A stretch of DNA of 64,000 bases from Thermoplasmatota archaeon. GTDB lineage: Archaea > Thermoplasmatota > E2 > JACPAO01 > JAHFTW01. The notes beneath the pieces are model-generated. The model did not search any database. It saw only the letters and a program-made list of their open reading frames with translations, and was not told where the DNA came from. The position numbers were made by a program, and so were the translations under genes. This document shows positions 9,592-19,700 of this stretch, one piece after another (within the stretch, counting starts at the first letter, position 1; each line of letters starts with the position of its first letter). The stretch is taken from positions 64,001 to 128,000 of the forward strand of contig JBFIHX010000006.1 of NCBI GenBank assembly GCA_041601615.1, read 5' to 3'.

Positions 9592-10092
9592 CTACTTCTT
9601 GTCCATGGCGTCTTTCAGCAAGTCGCCGATGGTGAGGCCTGCCTTGCTTGCGCCCTGCTTGACGCCACCAACGGCGGCGGGACCGGCGTCGACCTTTTCC
9701 AGGAGCGTAATGCCCAGGTCACGCTCGAAGCGCTTCGTCAAGTCGTCGCTGGGGCGCAGGCCGCCGGCTTCGATCTTGTGCAGTTGCGGAACGCGAGCCG
9801 AGACCTTGTTTCCCAGTTGCTCCAGCGTCCAGCCTTTGGCTTCGCGGGCCTTTCGGATGCGAGCGCCGAAGTCCGACACGAGGTCCATGGTGTCCTGCTC
9901 GTACACGTTTCGGCTGGTCATACGCGTTGCGCGCTTTTCCAGGTTTTGCGTCACTGCGGCCTTGCTTCCCGCCGGCGCTGGCGCATCCAGGGGGGTGCCG
10001 TACTTGGTACAGCAGGTGCCCAGATTCATGACGGTGCCCGAGACGTCGTGGCGCCTGGTCGCGATGGTCTTGCCGCACATCTCACATTCCAT
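9592..10092 (-). CDS. mbf1: Archaeal multiprotein bridging factor aMBF1
   Basis: Start re-called at MECEMCG. N-terminal Zn ribbon, HTH_3 (IRKAREAKGWTLEQLG...KIEAGGLRP) and C-terminal LTIGD. Confidence 0.92.
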   Translation of the reverse strand: MECEMCGKTIATRRHDVSGTVMNLGTCCTKYGTPLDAPAPAGSKAAVTQNLEKRATRMTSRNVYEQDTMDLVSDFGARIRKAREAKGWTLEQLGNKVSARVPQLHKIEAGGLRPSDDLTKRFERDLGITLLEKVDAGPAAVGGVKQGASKAGLTIGDLLKDAMDKK

Positions 10093-10143
10093 GCAATCCC
10101 TCGTGCCCGTACGGGCACAACAAGTCCTAAACGCGCCCTCCAT

Positions 10144-11352
10144 ATGAACACCACCGAAGTGGCTGAGCTGGACGACACCGCGGCACTGGCCCGCACACTC
10201 GAAGAGCGCAATGCGGAACTGCGCAAGGACAAGCGAAAGGCCACCGCAGAGGTTCGCGTCCTCCAAGAAGAGGTCCGCAATTTGACCCGGGAAGTGCAAC
10301 GGCTCAACGTGGAGCTAGAGAAGATTAAGCACCCACCGCTCATCGTTGGTTCCGTGCTGGACATCCTCGTGGATGGCCGCGTCATCATCAAAAGCAGCAC
10401 TGGCCCCAACTTCGTCGTCCCAAGTGCCGAATTTGTGGACAAAGAACGCCTCAAGCCAGGAACACGCGTGTCGCTGGCCCAAAACACCCTCACGGTTGTG
10501 GGCATTCTTCCCGGCAGCCGTGATCCGGTAGTGGCAGGAAGCGAAGTCAGCCGCCGACCGACGGTTACCTACGCCAGCATCGGCGGCATGGACGAGGTCA
10601 TCGCTGAAGTGCGGGAAACCGTCGAATACCCCCTCACACGCGCAAGCCTGTTTGCGGAATTAGGCATCACGCCCCCCAAAGGCGTCCTTCTTCAGGGCCC
10701 ACCCGGCACCGGCAAAACCATGCTCGCCAAGGCAGTGGCCAATGCGACCGACGCCACCTTCATCCGCCTCGTGGCCCCCGAATTGGTGCAGAAATTCATC
10801 GGAGAAGGCGCCCGGCGCGTGCGCGAAGTCTTCGAAATGGCCCGCGAAAAAGCCCCCAGCATCATCTTCATCGACGAAATCGACGCCCTCGGCGCCCGCC
10901 GCACCGACGACGGCACCTCCTCGAACCGCGAAGTGGAACGCACACTCATGCAACTCTTGGCCGAATTGGACGGCTTTGAGCCACGCGGTGACGTGCGCAT
11001 CATCGCCGCCACCAACCGCGCCGACGTGCTCGACCCCGCCCTGCTTCGCCCCGGCCGCTTCGACCGCGTCATCGACGTGCCACTTCCCACCCACGAAGGT
11101 GTTCACAGCATCTTCAGCCTCCACACCAACGGCATTCGCCTCGGCGAAGACGTGGACCTGGAAGACCTGGTCTCTCGAACCGGCCCGATCAGTGGCGCCG
11201 ACATTCAAAGTCTCTGCACAGAAGCGGGCATGAGAGCCGTGCGCAACGATCGGTCCTCCGTGCACCACGAGGACTTCCTGGCCGCCATTCGCAAACTCCA
11301 ACGAGGCGATTTGGACGTGCACCAGCGCGGCGCGGCCGGCCTGTACGCCTAG
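10144..11352 (+). CDS. pan: Proteasome-activating nucleotidase
   Basis: Start re-called at MNTTEV. Coiled coil, PPLIVG, KSSTGPNF OB fold, GPPGTGKT, IIFIDEIDA, DPALLRPGRFDR and a C-terminal HbYX motif (LYA). Confidence 0.95.
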   Translation: MNTTEVAELDDTAALARTLEERNAELRKDKRKATAEVRVLQEEVRNLTREVQRLNVELEKIKHPPLIVGSVLDILVDGRVIIKSSTGPNFVVPSAEFVDKERLKPGTRVSLAQNTLTVVGILPGSRDPVVAGSEVSRRPTVTYASIGGMDEVIAEVRETVEYPLTRASLFAELGITPPKGVLLQGPPGTGKTMLAKAVANATDATFIRLVAPELVQKFIGEGARRVREVFEMAREKAPSIIFIDEIDALGARRTDDGTSSNREVERTLMQLLAELDGFEPRGDVRIIAATNRADVLDPALLRPGRFDRVIDVPLPTHEGVHSIFSLHTNGIRLGEDVDLEDLVSRTGPISGADIQSLCTEAGMRAVRNDRSSVHHEDFLAAIRKLQRGDLDVHQRGAAGLYA

Positions 11353-11421
11353 CAATCAGGCCCTTTCGACCGCCTGAACCAAGCGCTCGGTTTATGGCCC
11401 CCGGCACCATCCTTGGACTCA

Positions 11422-11982
11422 ATGGATGTCCAGGAGGCCCTCAACCAGGCCCAGGCCCACCTCAAGAATGCCATGGAGCAATCGAAGTTGCCCCTGATCA
11501 AGGAGGACCTGCTCTACCAATGGGACAACCAGATCACGACCATGGACAACTTCCTGGCCGAGACGGAGATCCTCAAGGACAAGCTCCTCGACCGCGCCCG
11601 CCAGAGCCTGCGCACCGTCAAGAAGCAACTCACCGACGCCGTCATTGCCTTCGAGGCCAAACAGGCCGGCGAAGATCCTCCGGAGGACGAGGAGACCAGC
11701 GACGAGGAGTGGGCCGAGGCCTACGAAGAGCAAGCCACCGAGATGCTCGAATTGGTACGCGAGGCACTCGACGAAACCGTTTCAGACGTGCGCGAACTGG
11801 ACAAGTGGGAAGAGCCACTGGCCATCGTCAACGGCTTCCTTGCCGATTCGGAGCCATACCAGCACCTCAACCATGAATTGCAAAAGATCCGCAGCATGGT
11901 CCGTGTCGCCCGCCGCGAGTTGAAGGGCAAAATCGACGCTGTGTTCCGTCAATGGCGCGAAGCCGACATGCGTGCCGCATAA
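11422..11982 (+). CDS. Hypothetical acidic alpha-helical protein
   Basis: ATG start at MDVQEAL, strong host codon bias, amphipathic helical pattern. Confidence 0.75.
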   Translation: MDVQEALNQAQAHLKNAMEQSKLPLIKEDLLYQWDNQITTMDNFLAETEILKDKLLDRARQSLRTVKKQLTDAVIAFEAKQAGEDPPEDEETSDEEWAEAYEEQATEMLELVREALDETVSDVRELDKWEEPLAIVNGFLADSEPYQHLNHELQKIRSMVRVARRELKGKIDAVFRQWREADMRAA

Positions 11983-12081
11983 CTGAATCAAGCGGCATCA
12001 CTTGGCTGAACAGGCCCAGCACCGCATCGGCGCTGCAGCAAAGGAGCCCCATGTGCGACCGAGCTCCGAAGCAAATCCGGA

Positions 12082-12726
12082 CTACGTCGTGTCCGGGCTC
12101 TCTTCGTCCAATTCGCGCCGCTCCTGTGCATTCCAAGGCTTAATCGCCAAATTGGTTCGGAACGCCTCCGTGCCGCGCAATTGGAACGGCAAATCATGGC
12201 CCACGAGGCTGGGATCGCCCTGCAACACGGCTTCAAGCGCCGGCGTCAAGTGCACTTTGCGGTGCGCGGTGGAGCGGTCAATCTGAATGAGTTTGGTGGT
12301 TTCCAGACGCTCCAAGTGCCAACGCACCGCGCGCGCGGTGATGCCTAGTTGCCTGCCGATGGCGCGCCAGCTCATTTCGGGCTTTTCGTGGATCAAGTAC
12401 AAGATCTTGCGGCGCGTTTCGCCTCGCGCGCCCGCCACAGCCTTCTGGAGTTCCATGAACGCCATATTGCGCGGGAAGAAATGGACGCGACGACCTTCGC
12501 GGCGCTTGGAAACGAGACCCGCACGCAGCAACCGCTTCAGGTGATACTTGGCGGTGTTGCGATCTATGCCGGCACGGACGGAAAGTTCCGTTTCGCAGAT
12601 GCCCGCATTGGATTCGATGAAGTCGAGCAAGCGCGCCCGCCCTTCATGACCCAACAGCGGATGGACTCCGACCCGATGATCGTCGTTCTCCTCGAAAGCC
12701 GACTCCGGCATACCGATCCGAACCAC
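12082..12726 (-). CDS. Tandem winged helix-turn-helix transcriptional regulator
   Basis: Two wHTH units: LLDFIESNAG...TAKYHLKRLLRAGLV and TRRKILYLIHEKP...AVRWHLERLETTKLI. The start may be 12711. Confidence 0.85.
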   Translation of the reverse strand: MVRIGMPESAFEENDDHRVGVHPLLGHEGRARLLDFIESNAGICETELSVRAGIDRNTAKYHLKRLLRAGLVSKRREGRRVHFFPRNMAFMELQKAVAGARGETRRKILYLIHEKPEMSWRAIGRQLGITARAVRWHLERLETTKLIQIDRSTAHRKVHLTPALEAVLQGDPSLVGHDLPFQLRGTEAFRTNLAIKPWNAQERRELDEESPDTT

Positions 12727-12969
12727 CAGGGTCCAATTTGCATACTACATAAGCCCGTTTTGGTTATGTGGGGTACATTTGGCCGAACTTGGGCACCTCA
12801 CTGCATCGCCACGGCGGGCTTCGATTGCCAATGATGTCGATCATACCCCAGATGTTGGGCCGATTCGACCATCGATATAACGGCGCATCAATGATTGAAA
12901 TGTATGCCCAATGGTTTCCTTTTTGGCCGATTATAGCGCAGACTCATCGGTGTTGGGTCTCTTCGATAG

Positions 12970-13017
12970 TGGCCATATTGTTACCCGGGACATATTGTGG
13001 TGATTTGTTTTATTATC
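12970..13017 (+). promoter_or_regulatory. Conserved 48-bp promoter/operator element, copy 1
   Basis: 38 of 48 bases identical to 16643-16690. Contains CATATTG-N10-CATATTG and ends in TATA-like TTTATTA about 50 bp upstream of the ATG at 13068. Confidence 0.65.
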
Positions 13018-13067
13018 CCCCCGTCTATGCGATGGATGTGGGCCAACGCCCGCAGGAGATACAAAAC

Positions 13068-13757
13068 ATGAAGACTACCAAGATCGCCGCCATGATTATG
13101 GCGGTCGCGATTGCCATGAGCGTCGCCCCCCTCGCCTCCGCTGACGCCTGCAGCGGCAACGACTGCTACAAGAAGACCGCAACCGGACCTGGCGGAGCAA
13201 ACGTCAAGTTCTTCGGCAGCGCCGGCCTCGGCTTCTGCCTGGCCCCCGGCCTGCCCCTCCCCTGCCTCGAAGGCGGTGGCGGTGGCGTGTTCTTCAACGT
13301 CAGCAGCTACAACGCCCCCGGCGTTTCCAGCGTCTCCGTGAGCGTCTGGGCTGAGTTCATCGGCGGCGGCGTCAGCCAACCCGACCCCGAACTCGAAGGC
13401 TTCGACATGACCGTGTGCAGCGACCGCGACGACAACAGCGTCTGCTCCCCGGACCTCGACTCGCCTGACCTGTACGAAGTCGTCTACTCCGACGGCGCCG
13501 AAGTCGGCAAGGACGACGGCAAGGACGATGACTCCCTGCAGGCCTCCTGGTCCGGCTGCCTGGAAGTCGACGAGGCCAACCTCTTCGACCCTGCCCAAGA
13601 ATTCGACGACCTCGTAGTGTTCGTTGGCGCCTGGGCCGACAACAGCGCTGTTGACAACCTCCTCGACGACGAGCCCGGCAACGGCGAGAACGATGGCGCT
13701 GGCGCCTCCGTCGGCCAGTTCGACATCTACCTGAGCGTCGGCAGCTACGGCTGCTAG
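13068..13757 (+). CDS. Secreted Cys-rich protein, paralogue 1 (probable major subunit)
   Basis: CGCAGGAG ribosome-binding site, signal peptide ending ASA, 8 Cys in the mature chain, no TM anchor, and strong C-ending codon bias. Confidence 0.9.
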   Translation: MKTTKIAAMIMAVAIAMSVAPLASADACSGNDCYKKTATGPGGANVKFFGSAGLGFCLAPGLPLPCLEGGGGGVFFNVSSYNAPGVSSVSVSVWAEFIGGGVSQPDPELEGFDMTVCSDRDDNSVCSPDLDSPDLYEVVYSDGAEVGKDDGKDDDSLQASWSGCLEVDEANLFDPAQEFDDLVVFVGAWADNSAVDNLLDDEPGNGENDGAGASVGQFDIYLSVGSYGC

Positions 13758-13780
13758 ACCCTTAGGCCCGTAACCAAGTA

Positions 13781-13807
13781 CTCTTCCACCTCTCCCCCAC
13801 CCCTTTG
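13781..13807 (+). terminator. Pyrimidine-rich putative terminator
   Basis: C-rich tract plus a short T run after the stop; similar tracts follow paralogues 2 and 3. Confidence 0.4.
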
Positions 13808-14287
13808 CACCAGAGGCAATGTTGAGCCTCTAGGACCCCAACTGACATCCATGAAATCAGGGCGCTCCGCCCACCCCGCCATGGGCGTGAAGCCACCGTC
13901 AGAACTGCCGTCGCAGCACCTCATCCAGTCGCGAGCAGCGCCTTAAGAAATCCCCATTCGACCCCACATTTTATTTGAAGTTATTCAATTATTGTTGATC
14001 GTTGTTAAATTTACACACCGATTGGTTATGGATTGAATATCAACCTTCCAGTCAATGATTTAATTCCAATGAAGTTGAAAACTTAGTTTGTAATAATATA
14101 TCATTTAAAGTACATGATGTTTATTCTAAGGCCTCTTCGAGAAGTTTTGTTTCCTTGCAATAATTATCATGTTCATTTTCCTATTAACTCCTACATCGAA
14201 TAATGGGGAAGAATGCGGTCACAAATTATGACGTTCGTTCCTGATTTCCTTCCATTAGCGGGCTTGATCCCGCAGGAGATAACAACA

Positions 14288-15040
14288 ATGAACAAGAAAA
14301 CGATGGCCGTCCCCATGGCCTTGTGTCTACTCGCGATGTCAGTCGCGCCCCTTGGATCGGCCGATCCCTGCGATGAAAGCGGAGCAGACTGCTACAAGAA
14401 AACGGCCACGGGGCCGGGAAGCGCTCTGGTCAAAGGCGTAGCTGGTGGCGGCCTTGCATTCTGTCTCGCCCCAGGACTTCCGCTGCCCTGCCTCGCTGGC
14501 GGTGGCGGAGGCGTATTCTTCAACATCACCGAATACAACCAAGGCTCGGGATTCAACACCGGCCTCAACATCGACGTCTGGGCAGAGTTTATCGGCGGCG
14601 GTGTAACGAACCCCGATGTGGCGCTGGACGGCTTCCGTATGACCGTGTGCGCAGATCGCGACCTGTCTGGCGTCTGCACGCCAAACGTCGGATCTGAGGA
14701 CGATTACGTGACCACCTTCGCCACCTCGCCCGAAGAGGATTGTGATTCGGCAAAAGGCGGCGCCGCATCCAAGGACGACAAATGCAGCGAAGACGGTACG
14801 GTCGACGCTTGGATCCAGATGTGCGTCAACAAGGATTTGGCCTTCGATAACCCAGAACCCCTCGAGGACATCCCCGAAGCCTGGAGCACCATTGTTGTGT
14901 TCATCGGCGCATACGCAGACTCCGCAAATCTAACGAACTTGGGTTTGTCTGTCGGCCAGTTCGACGTCTACCTCAGCGTGGATCCCGTAAGCGTGGAATC
15001 CTGCCCGGAAACCCCGACCCGGCTGAATGCCCGCACCTAA
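14288..15040 (+). CDS. Secreted Cys-rich protein, paralogue 2
   Basis: Same CGCAGGAG site. Shares DCYKKTATGPG, FCLAPGLPLPC, GGGGGVF, WAEFIGGG and GQFD.YL; 10 Cys in the mature chain. Confidence 0.9.
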   Translation: MNKKTMAVPMALCLLAMSVAPLGSADPCDESGADCYKKTATGPGSALVKGVAGGGLAFCLAPGLPLPCLAGGGGGVFFNITEYNQGSGFNTGLNIDVWAEFIGGGVTNPDVALDGFRMTVCADRDLSGVCTPNVGSEDDYVTTFATSPEEDCDSAKGGAASKDDKCSEDGTVDAWIQMCVNKDLAFDNPEPLEDIPEAWSTIVVFIGAYADSANLTNLGLSVGQFDVYLSVDPVSVESCPETPTRLNART

Positions 15041-15060
15041 GAGCAATAGCAATCTCTCAA

Positions 15061-15078
15061 CCCCCTCCCCCCTTTTTT
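15061..15078 (+). terminator. Putative oligo-T terminator
   Basis: C-rich tract followed by TTTTTT just after the stop. Confidence 0.5.
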
Positions 15079-15824
15079 CAAGTGCATCATTAAATAATAA
15101 TAAACTTATCTATATTTGTAACCAATTCATGAGGTAGTTGGATTGAAGGAAGGTTAATGATAATTTTTTGTGCCCTTACCATTCTAGCCGCGCGCAAATA
15201 ATCCCAAATCCTCGTCAAGGATGCGAGTAGCGGCATGGAGGAGGTTGGTCCCTTTGCCCCTGTGATGAAAACGAGCCATTGGCCTGCGACCCCCCTTGGC
15301 CATCGCTTCAGCGGTCCCATACTCGGCATGATCAAGCATGCCCGAGGAATGCCCGACGATGCCCCCAAGCCGATAAAGCCGGAACCAAACCCCATAGTTG
15401 CCGCATGAATGTCGACCGATGGTGATGCTTGAATCAATGGCCCTGCGGGACACCACACGCAATTGGCGCAGTGCCCTTTCATGCAAATATACTCAATTTT
15501 ATTGATTTTTTCCTTATTCCCTGGTTTTCAAGGGGCTGGGGCGACCATGATGCAAAACCGTGGCGTATTATTTCATATTTTCTATAATTAAAGGCATGTG
15601 GTCCAAAATAGCCCCTATTTATTTTTCCTTTAATTGCTGATTGATTGCATTTTTGTATTATTTAGACCCGACTTGACTTAATATGCATATAACTGAATGG
15701 CTGTATGTAGCAAAACTATTCATAATATCTTTACAACTATGGGGACTAATCTGGCGATAAATATTACATGCTGCCGCCCAATGTTCCCCCACCGGGCCAA
15801 AAAGGCTCGCAGGAGTAACATACA

Positions 15825-16607
15825 ATGAACAAGAAAACTATGGCCACCGCGCTGGCCCTGTGTATGCTCGCAATGTCGTTTGCACCTAGCGGATCAGCTG
15901 ATGCATGCGATGAATCGGGTGCAGACTGCTACAAGAAAACCGCAACTGGCCCCGGTGGCATCAGCGACAAAGAACTATTCGCAGCTGGAGTAGGATTCTG
16001 TCTGGCCGCTGGCCTCCCACTGCCTTGTGTCGGAGGGGGCGGTGGCGGTGTCTTTTACGACATTTCCAGCTACAATACCAACCCATCCTCTCCCAGTGAG
16101 GGCCTTTTGACTAGAGTCTGGGCCGAGTGGATTGGTGGCGGTGTGAATCTCGGTGAGCCTTTCGAAGGTTTCGAAATGACCGTTTGCAGCGACCGAGACG
16201 ATAATCTTGTGTGCTCACCTAATGTCGACTCCCCCGATGATTACGTAACTACATACGCACACGACCCAGAAGATGGAAATGGAAAATTCTGTGATGACAC
16301 CAAAGGCAAGTACCATGAGGGCGACTTCAAAGATGATGACAAGTGCGGCAATGGATTGGTAGACGGCGAGGTCAGGATGTGTGTCAATAAGGATCTGCCA
16401 GACCCGCTGGACGAGAGTATGGCAAGGGAATGGGATGATTTGGTCGTATTTATTGGTGCATACACCAGTGTATCCCAAATTCAGGACCTGAACTTCGGAT
16501 TGTCCAGTGGCCAGTTCGATATTTATCTCGAGGTCTTGGGTTTCTCCGACCCTTGCGCCCAAGTGCCAGCCCGCATCAATGGCCTTGATGGCGCCCCGCC
16601 GGCCTAG
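15825..16607 (+). CDS. Secreted Cys-rich protein, paralogue 3
   Basis: CGCAGGAG site, the same motifs, 10 Cys in the mature chain; more AT-rich codons than paralogue 1. Confidence 0.9.
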   Translation: MNKKTMATALALCMLAMSFAPSGSADACDESGADCYKKTATGPGGISDKELFAAGVGFCLAAGLPLPCVGGGGGGVFYDISSYNTNPSSPSEGLLTRVWAEWIGGGVNLGEPFEGFEMTVCSDRDDNLVCSPNVDSPDDYVTTYAHDPEDGNGKFCDDTKGKYHEGDFKDDDKCGNGLVDGEVRMCVNKDLPDPLDESMAREWDDLVVFIGAYTSVSQIQDLNFGLSSGQFDIYLEVLGFSDPCAQVPARINGLDGAPPA

Positions 16608-16642
16608 AAAAATCAAAACGTGCTCCACCCCCTTTTTCCCCT

Positions 16643-16690
16643 TGGCCATGTTCCTACCCGGGACATGTCGTGGTGATGCGCGTTATAATC
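16643..16690 (+). promoter_or_regulatory. Conserved 48-bp promoter/operator element, copy 2
   Basis: TGGCCATGTTCCTACCCGGGACATGTCGTGGTGATGCGCGTTATAATC; ends in TATA-like TTATAA, upstream of the gene at 16792. Confidence 0.65.
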
Positions 16691-16791
16691 AACGAGGTTC
16701 TTGTTGTGGTTGCGCGAGTTCAACGCGCAATCCGATGACGCCTGGACTGGCTAAGCTGAATCCAGTGCGTATGTTCGGGATGGTGTTCCCC

Positions 16792-19700
16792 ATGCATAAA
16801 AGACCAAGAACGCTCCTCGTAAGCCTGCTCATGATCGCCGTCGCGTTGGCTCCAGCCACCTCGGGAGGATTCACGACGAATCCTGTGGTGGCCGACGTCG
16901 ACGTCAACAACTTCGAATCGGAACTCCTGAAGGCCCTTGGTGTCCAAGGTTCCTTTGGTTTGCCCGATGGATTCTTTGACGCCCTATTGGGCCGAGAGGT
17001 AATCTCCCCGCACCAAGCCGTCCAGGACTCCTTGGACAAACTCGCTACGATGCAGGCCGCCGTTGGCCCCGCTGCCACCTTCGCAGCGGCCACCAAGGTC
17101 GCCGGTCTCGACATCGAGCCCCGCGTCCCCACGGCCCAGCCCCTGTACCCTGGCCTCGTGGAACTCTACGCCCGCAACGGCGTCGTTCTTGGCGCCGCCG
17201 ACCTCGCCGACATGGCCGAATCCGTCCGCGCCCTTGACGCCGACACCACCGAAGGCCTAGCCCTTCTCGTCACCGCCATGAACCGCGCAGATGCAGCCCG
17301 CATCACCGGCGTTGAAGTCAACATGGCCCAAGCCATGGCCGACCTCATCGCCGCTGCCGAAGCTGCCGAAGTCCACTTCTCGCTGAGTGCCGCAAGCGCC
17401 TGCAACATCTTTGCCGGCCCCATGGACCTCGTGACCGTGGACGGCGACTGTGACAACACCTATGACACCCACCGCTTCCTCAGCGTGGACACCGGCGGCA
17501 ACGACCGCTACAACAACAACGCCGGCGGCGCCAATGGCGTCGGTTCCTCGGTGCTTGGAGCTGTCAGCCCCACCGTCGACCGCTCCCCACTCACCGACGG
17601 TGTCGACGGCGCAGAAGCCAACGCTACGGACCCCAACGGGCCCAACGCTGAAGGCGCTGCAGAATCCCTCGTCAACGGCGTGTCCGGCTGCTGTGCAGTC
17701 AACCCCGGCTTGAACCCCGCCTACCTGGAAACCTTCCGCGTCGCGGTCGCCATCGACATGGGCGGCGACGACACCTACCACTCGGAGAAGCGGTACGTCC
17801 AAGGTTCCGCGGTACAGGCCATGGGTCTGCTGCTGGACTTCTCCGGTACTGATTCCTACACCGCTGGCGGCTACAGCCAAGGCTACGCCAACACTGGCTA
17901 CGGTGTTCTGATCGATGTTGCTGGCAACGACGACTACACCTCCGGCGACCGCTCCCAGGGTGGAGAAAGCGGTGGCTTCCTGTTTGACCTCGGCGGCGAC
18001 GACACGTACGTTGCTGGCGACGCCAGCCAGGGCGGCCGCATTGTCGCAGTCCCCACGGGCACCAGCATCAGCATGCTGTTTGACGCCACGGGCAACGACA
18101 GCTACAACGCGACCGGCAACAGCCAAGGTGTCGGAAACATCCTCATCGACGGTACCGGCGATGACGACTACTTCGTCGTTGGTTCGTCTGACTTTGACCA
18201 GAACGCTGGATTTGGCCAAGGCTCCGGCCTTCTCACCTCCATCGGCCTTCTGATTGATGGTGCAGGCAACGACGACTACTACGCAGACATCTACGCTGCC
18301 CAAGGTGTTGCCTGGGGCATTGGAACCAGTTCCCTGGTCGATGTCTCCGGTGACGACACCTACTGGACCAGCGGTATTGGTCAGGCCGTGTGCTCGGGAG
18401 CCCCCGAAACGAACGGTATCCTGTTCGATGGCGCCGGCAACGACCACTACACCGCACTTCGCGGTGGCCAAGGTCTCGCCTCCAGTGCCTCCTGCACCTC
18501 TTTCCTGATCGACCGCAGCGGCAACGACCACTACGTCGCCGCCTCTGGTTCCCAGGGATCGACCTTCGCAACCCAGATTACTGAGATCAACGGCGGCCTG
18601 CTCGGCGTCCTCGCAGACGGTGGCGGCAACGACATCTACGAAGCTGGATCGTTCAGCCAAGGAGCCGGCGGAAACGGCGGCATTGGCCTCCTGCTTGATG
18701 CAGACGGACAAGACCAATACACGGCTGGCGACAGCAGTCAAGGCTCTGGCGGTTACGAAATCAACGTCGTTGACACTGTGGAGGATGAATTCCTTGCCGC
18801 GATCTTCGTCAATCCCGAAGTGGAGAATGTGGCCGGCATCGCCAACCTCGACGATGAGGCACTCGCTCTGCTGCCCCTTGTAGAAGAAACGTCGATCCGC
18901 GACGGTGTCGGTGTCCTCATCGATGGCCTGCAGGACTTCGTTCGCTCGACCGATGTGATCACGACCGACTCCAGTGGAGTCCACGTGGATCTGTTCGTCG
19001 CCACCCCCGGCGACAACGGCAACGGCGACCGCTACACGGCCGGCGACCACAGCCAGGGCGCCTCCGGTGCCAGCGGCGCAATCGGCATCCTCATCGACAA
19101 CGATGACGAAAGCGAATCGGGTGGCGGCCCCCACAAGGGTGTCTACACCTCGGGCGCTTACAGCCAAGGCAGCGCCAGCAACGGCGGCTTCGGCATGCTT
19201 TTCGACCGTGAAGGCAATGACCGCCATGTGTCCGGCATCTTCAGCCAAGGCGCTTCACCGGACTCCGGTGTCGGTGTACTCATCGACCTTGCCGGTAACG
19301 ACGAAATGTACGCGACCCCCGTCTCCCAGAGCCGCGGCTACGCGATTTCGACGGACCTGTACGTGCCCGCTGTCGGCCTGAACCTCAACATCGGTGGAAA
19401 AGACATGTACACCGGATGGAACGGCCACTCCCACGACGACCTTTGTGAACTCAAGGGAACCGGCGGACTGACCATCGATCTTGCAAGCGGCTCCATCCCG
19501 ACCACTTGCATCGGAGCTTCGGCTTCCGCTGCTGAGGCCACCGCCTTTGGAGTTGGTGGAAACACCGGTACTGCCGCCGGCACCGCCCTCGATGCCTTGA
19601 TCATCGCTCTTGGCGACACAGCGGTTGAAACCGTCGACTTTGCAATCACGACCATCGAGGAAACCATCATCGCCGTGCTGCAGCTCATCGAAGACGCCCC

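Noticed and set aside
9451-10143. N-terminal extension of PAN in the ORF track
   Set aside because: Overlaps mbf1 and tsaC on the opposite strand; PAN homology begins at about 10144.
13068-16607. CRISPR array or diversity-generating retroelement suggested by the repeated segments
   Set aside because: The repeats are diverged whole-gene paralogues. There is no fixed repeat-spacer period, no reverse transcriptase and no adenine-specific mismatch pattern.
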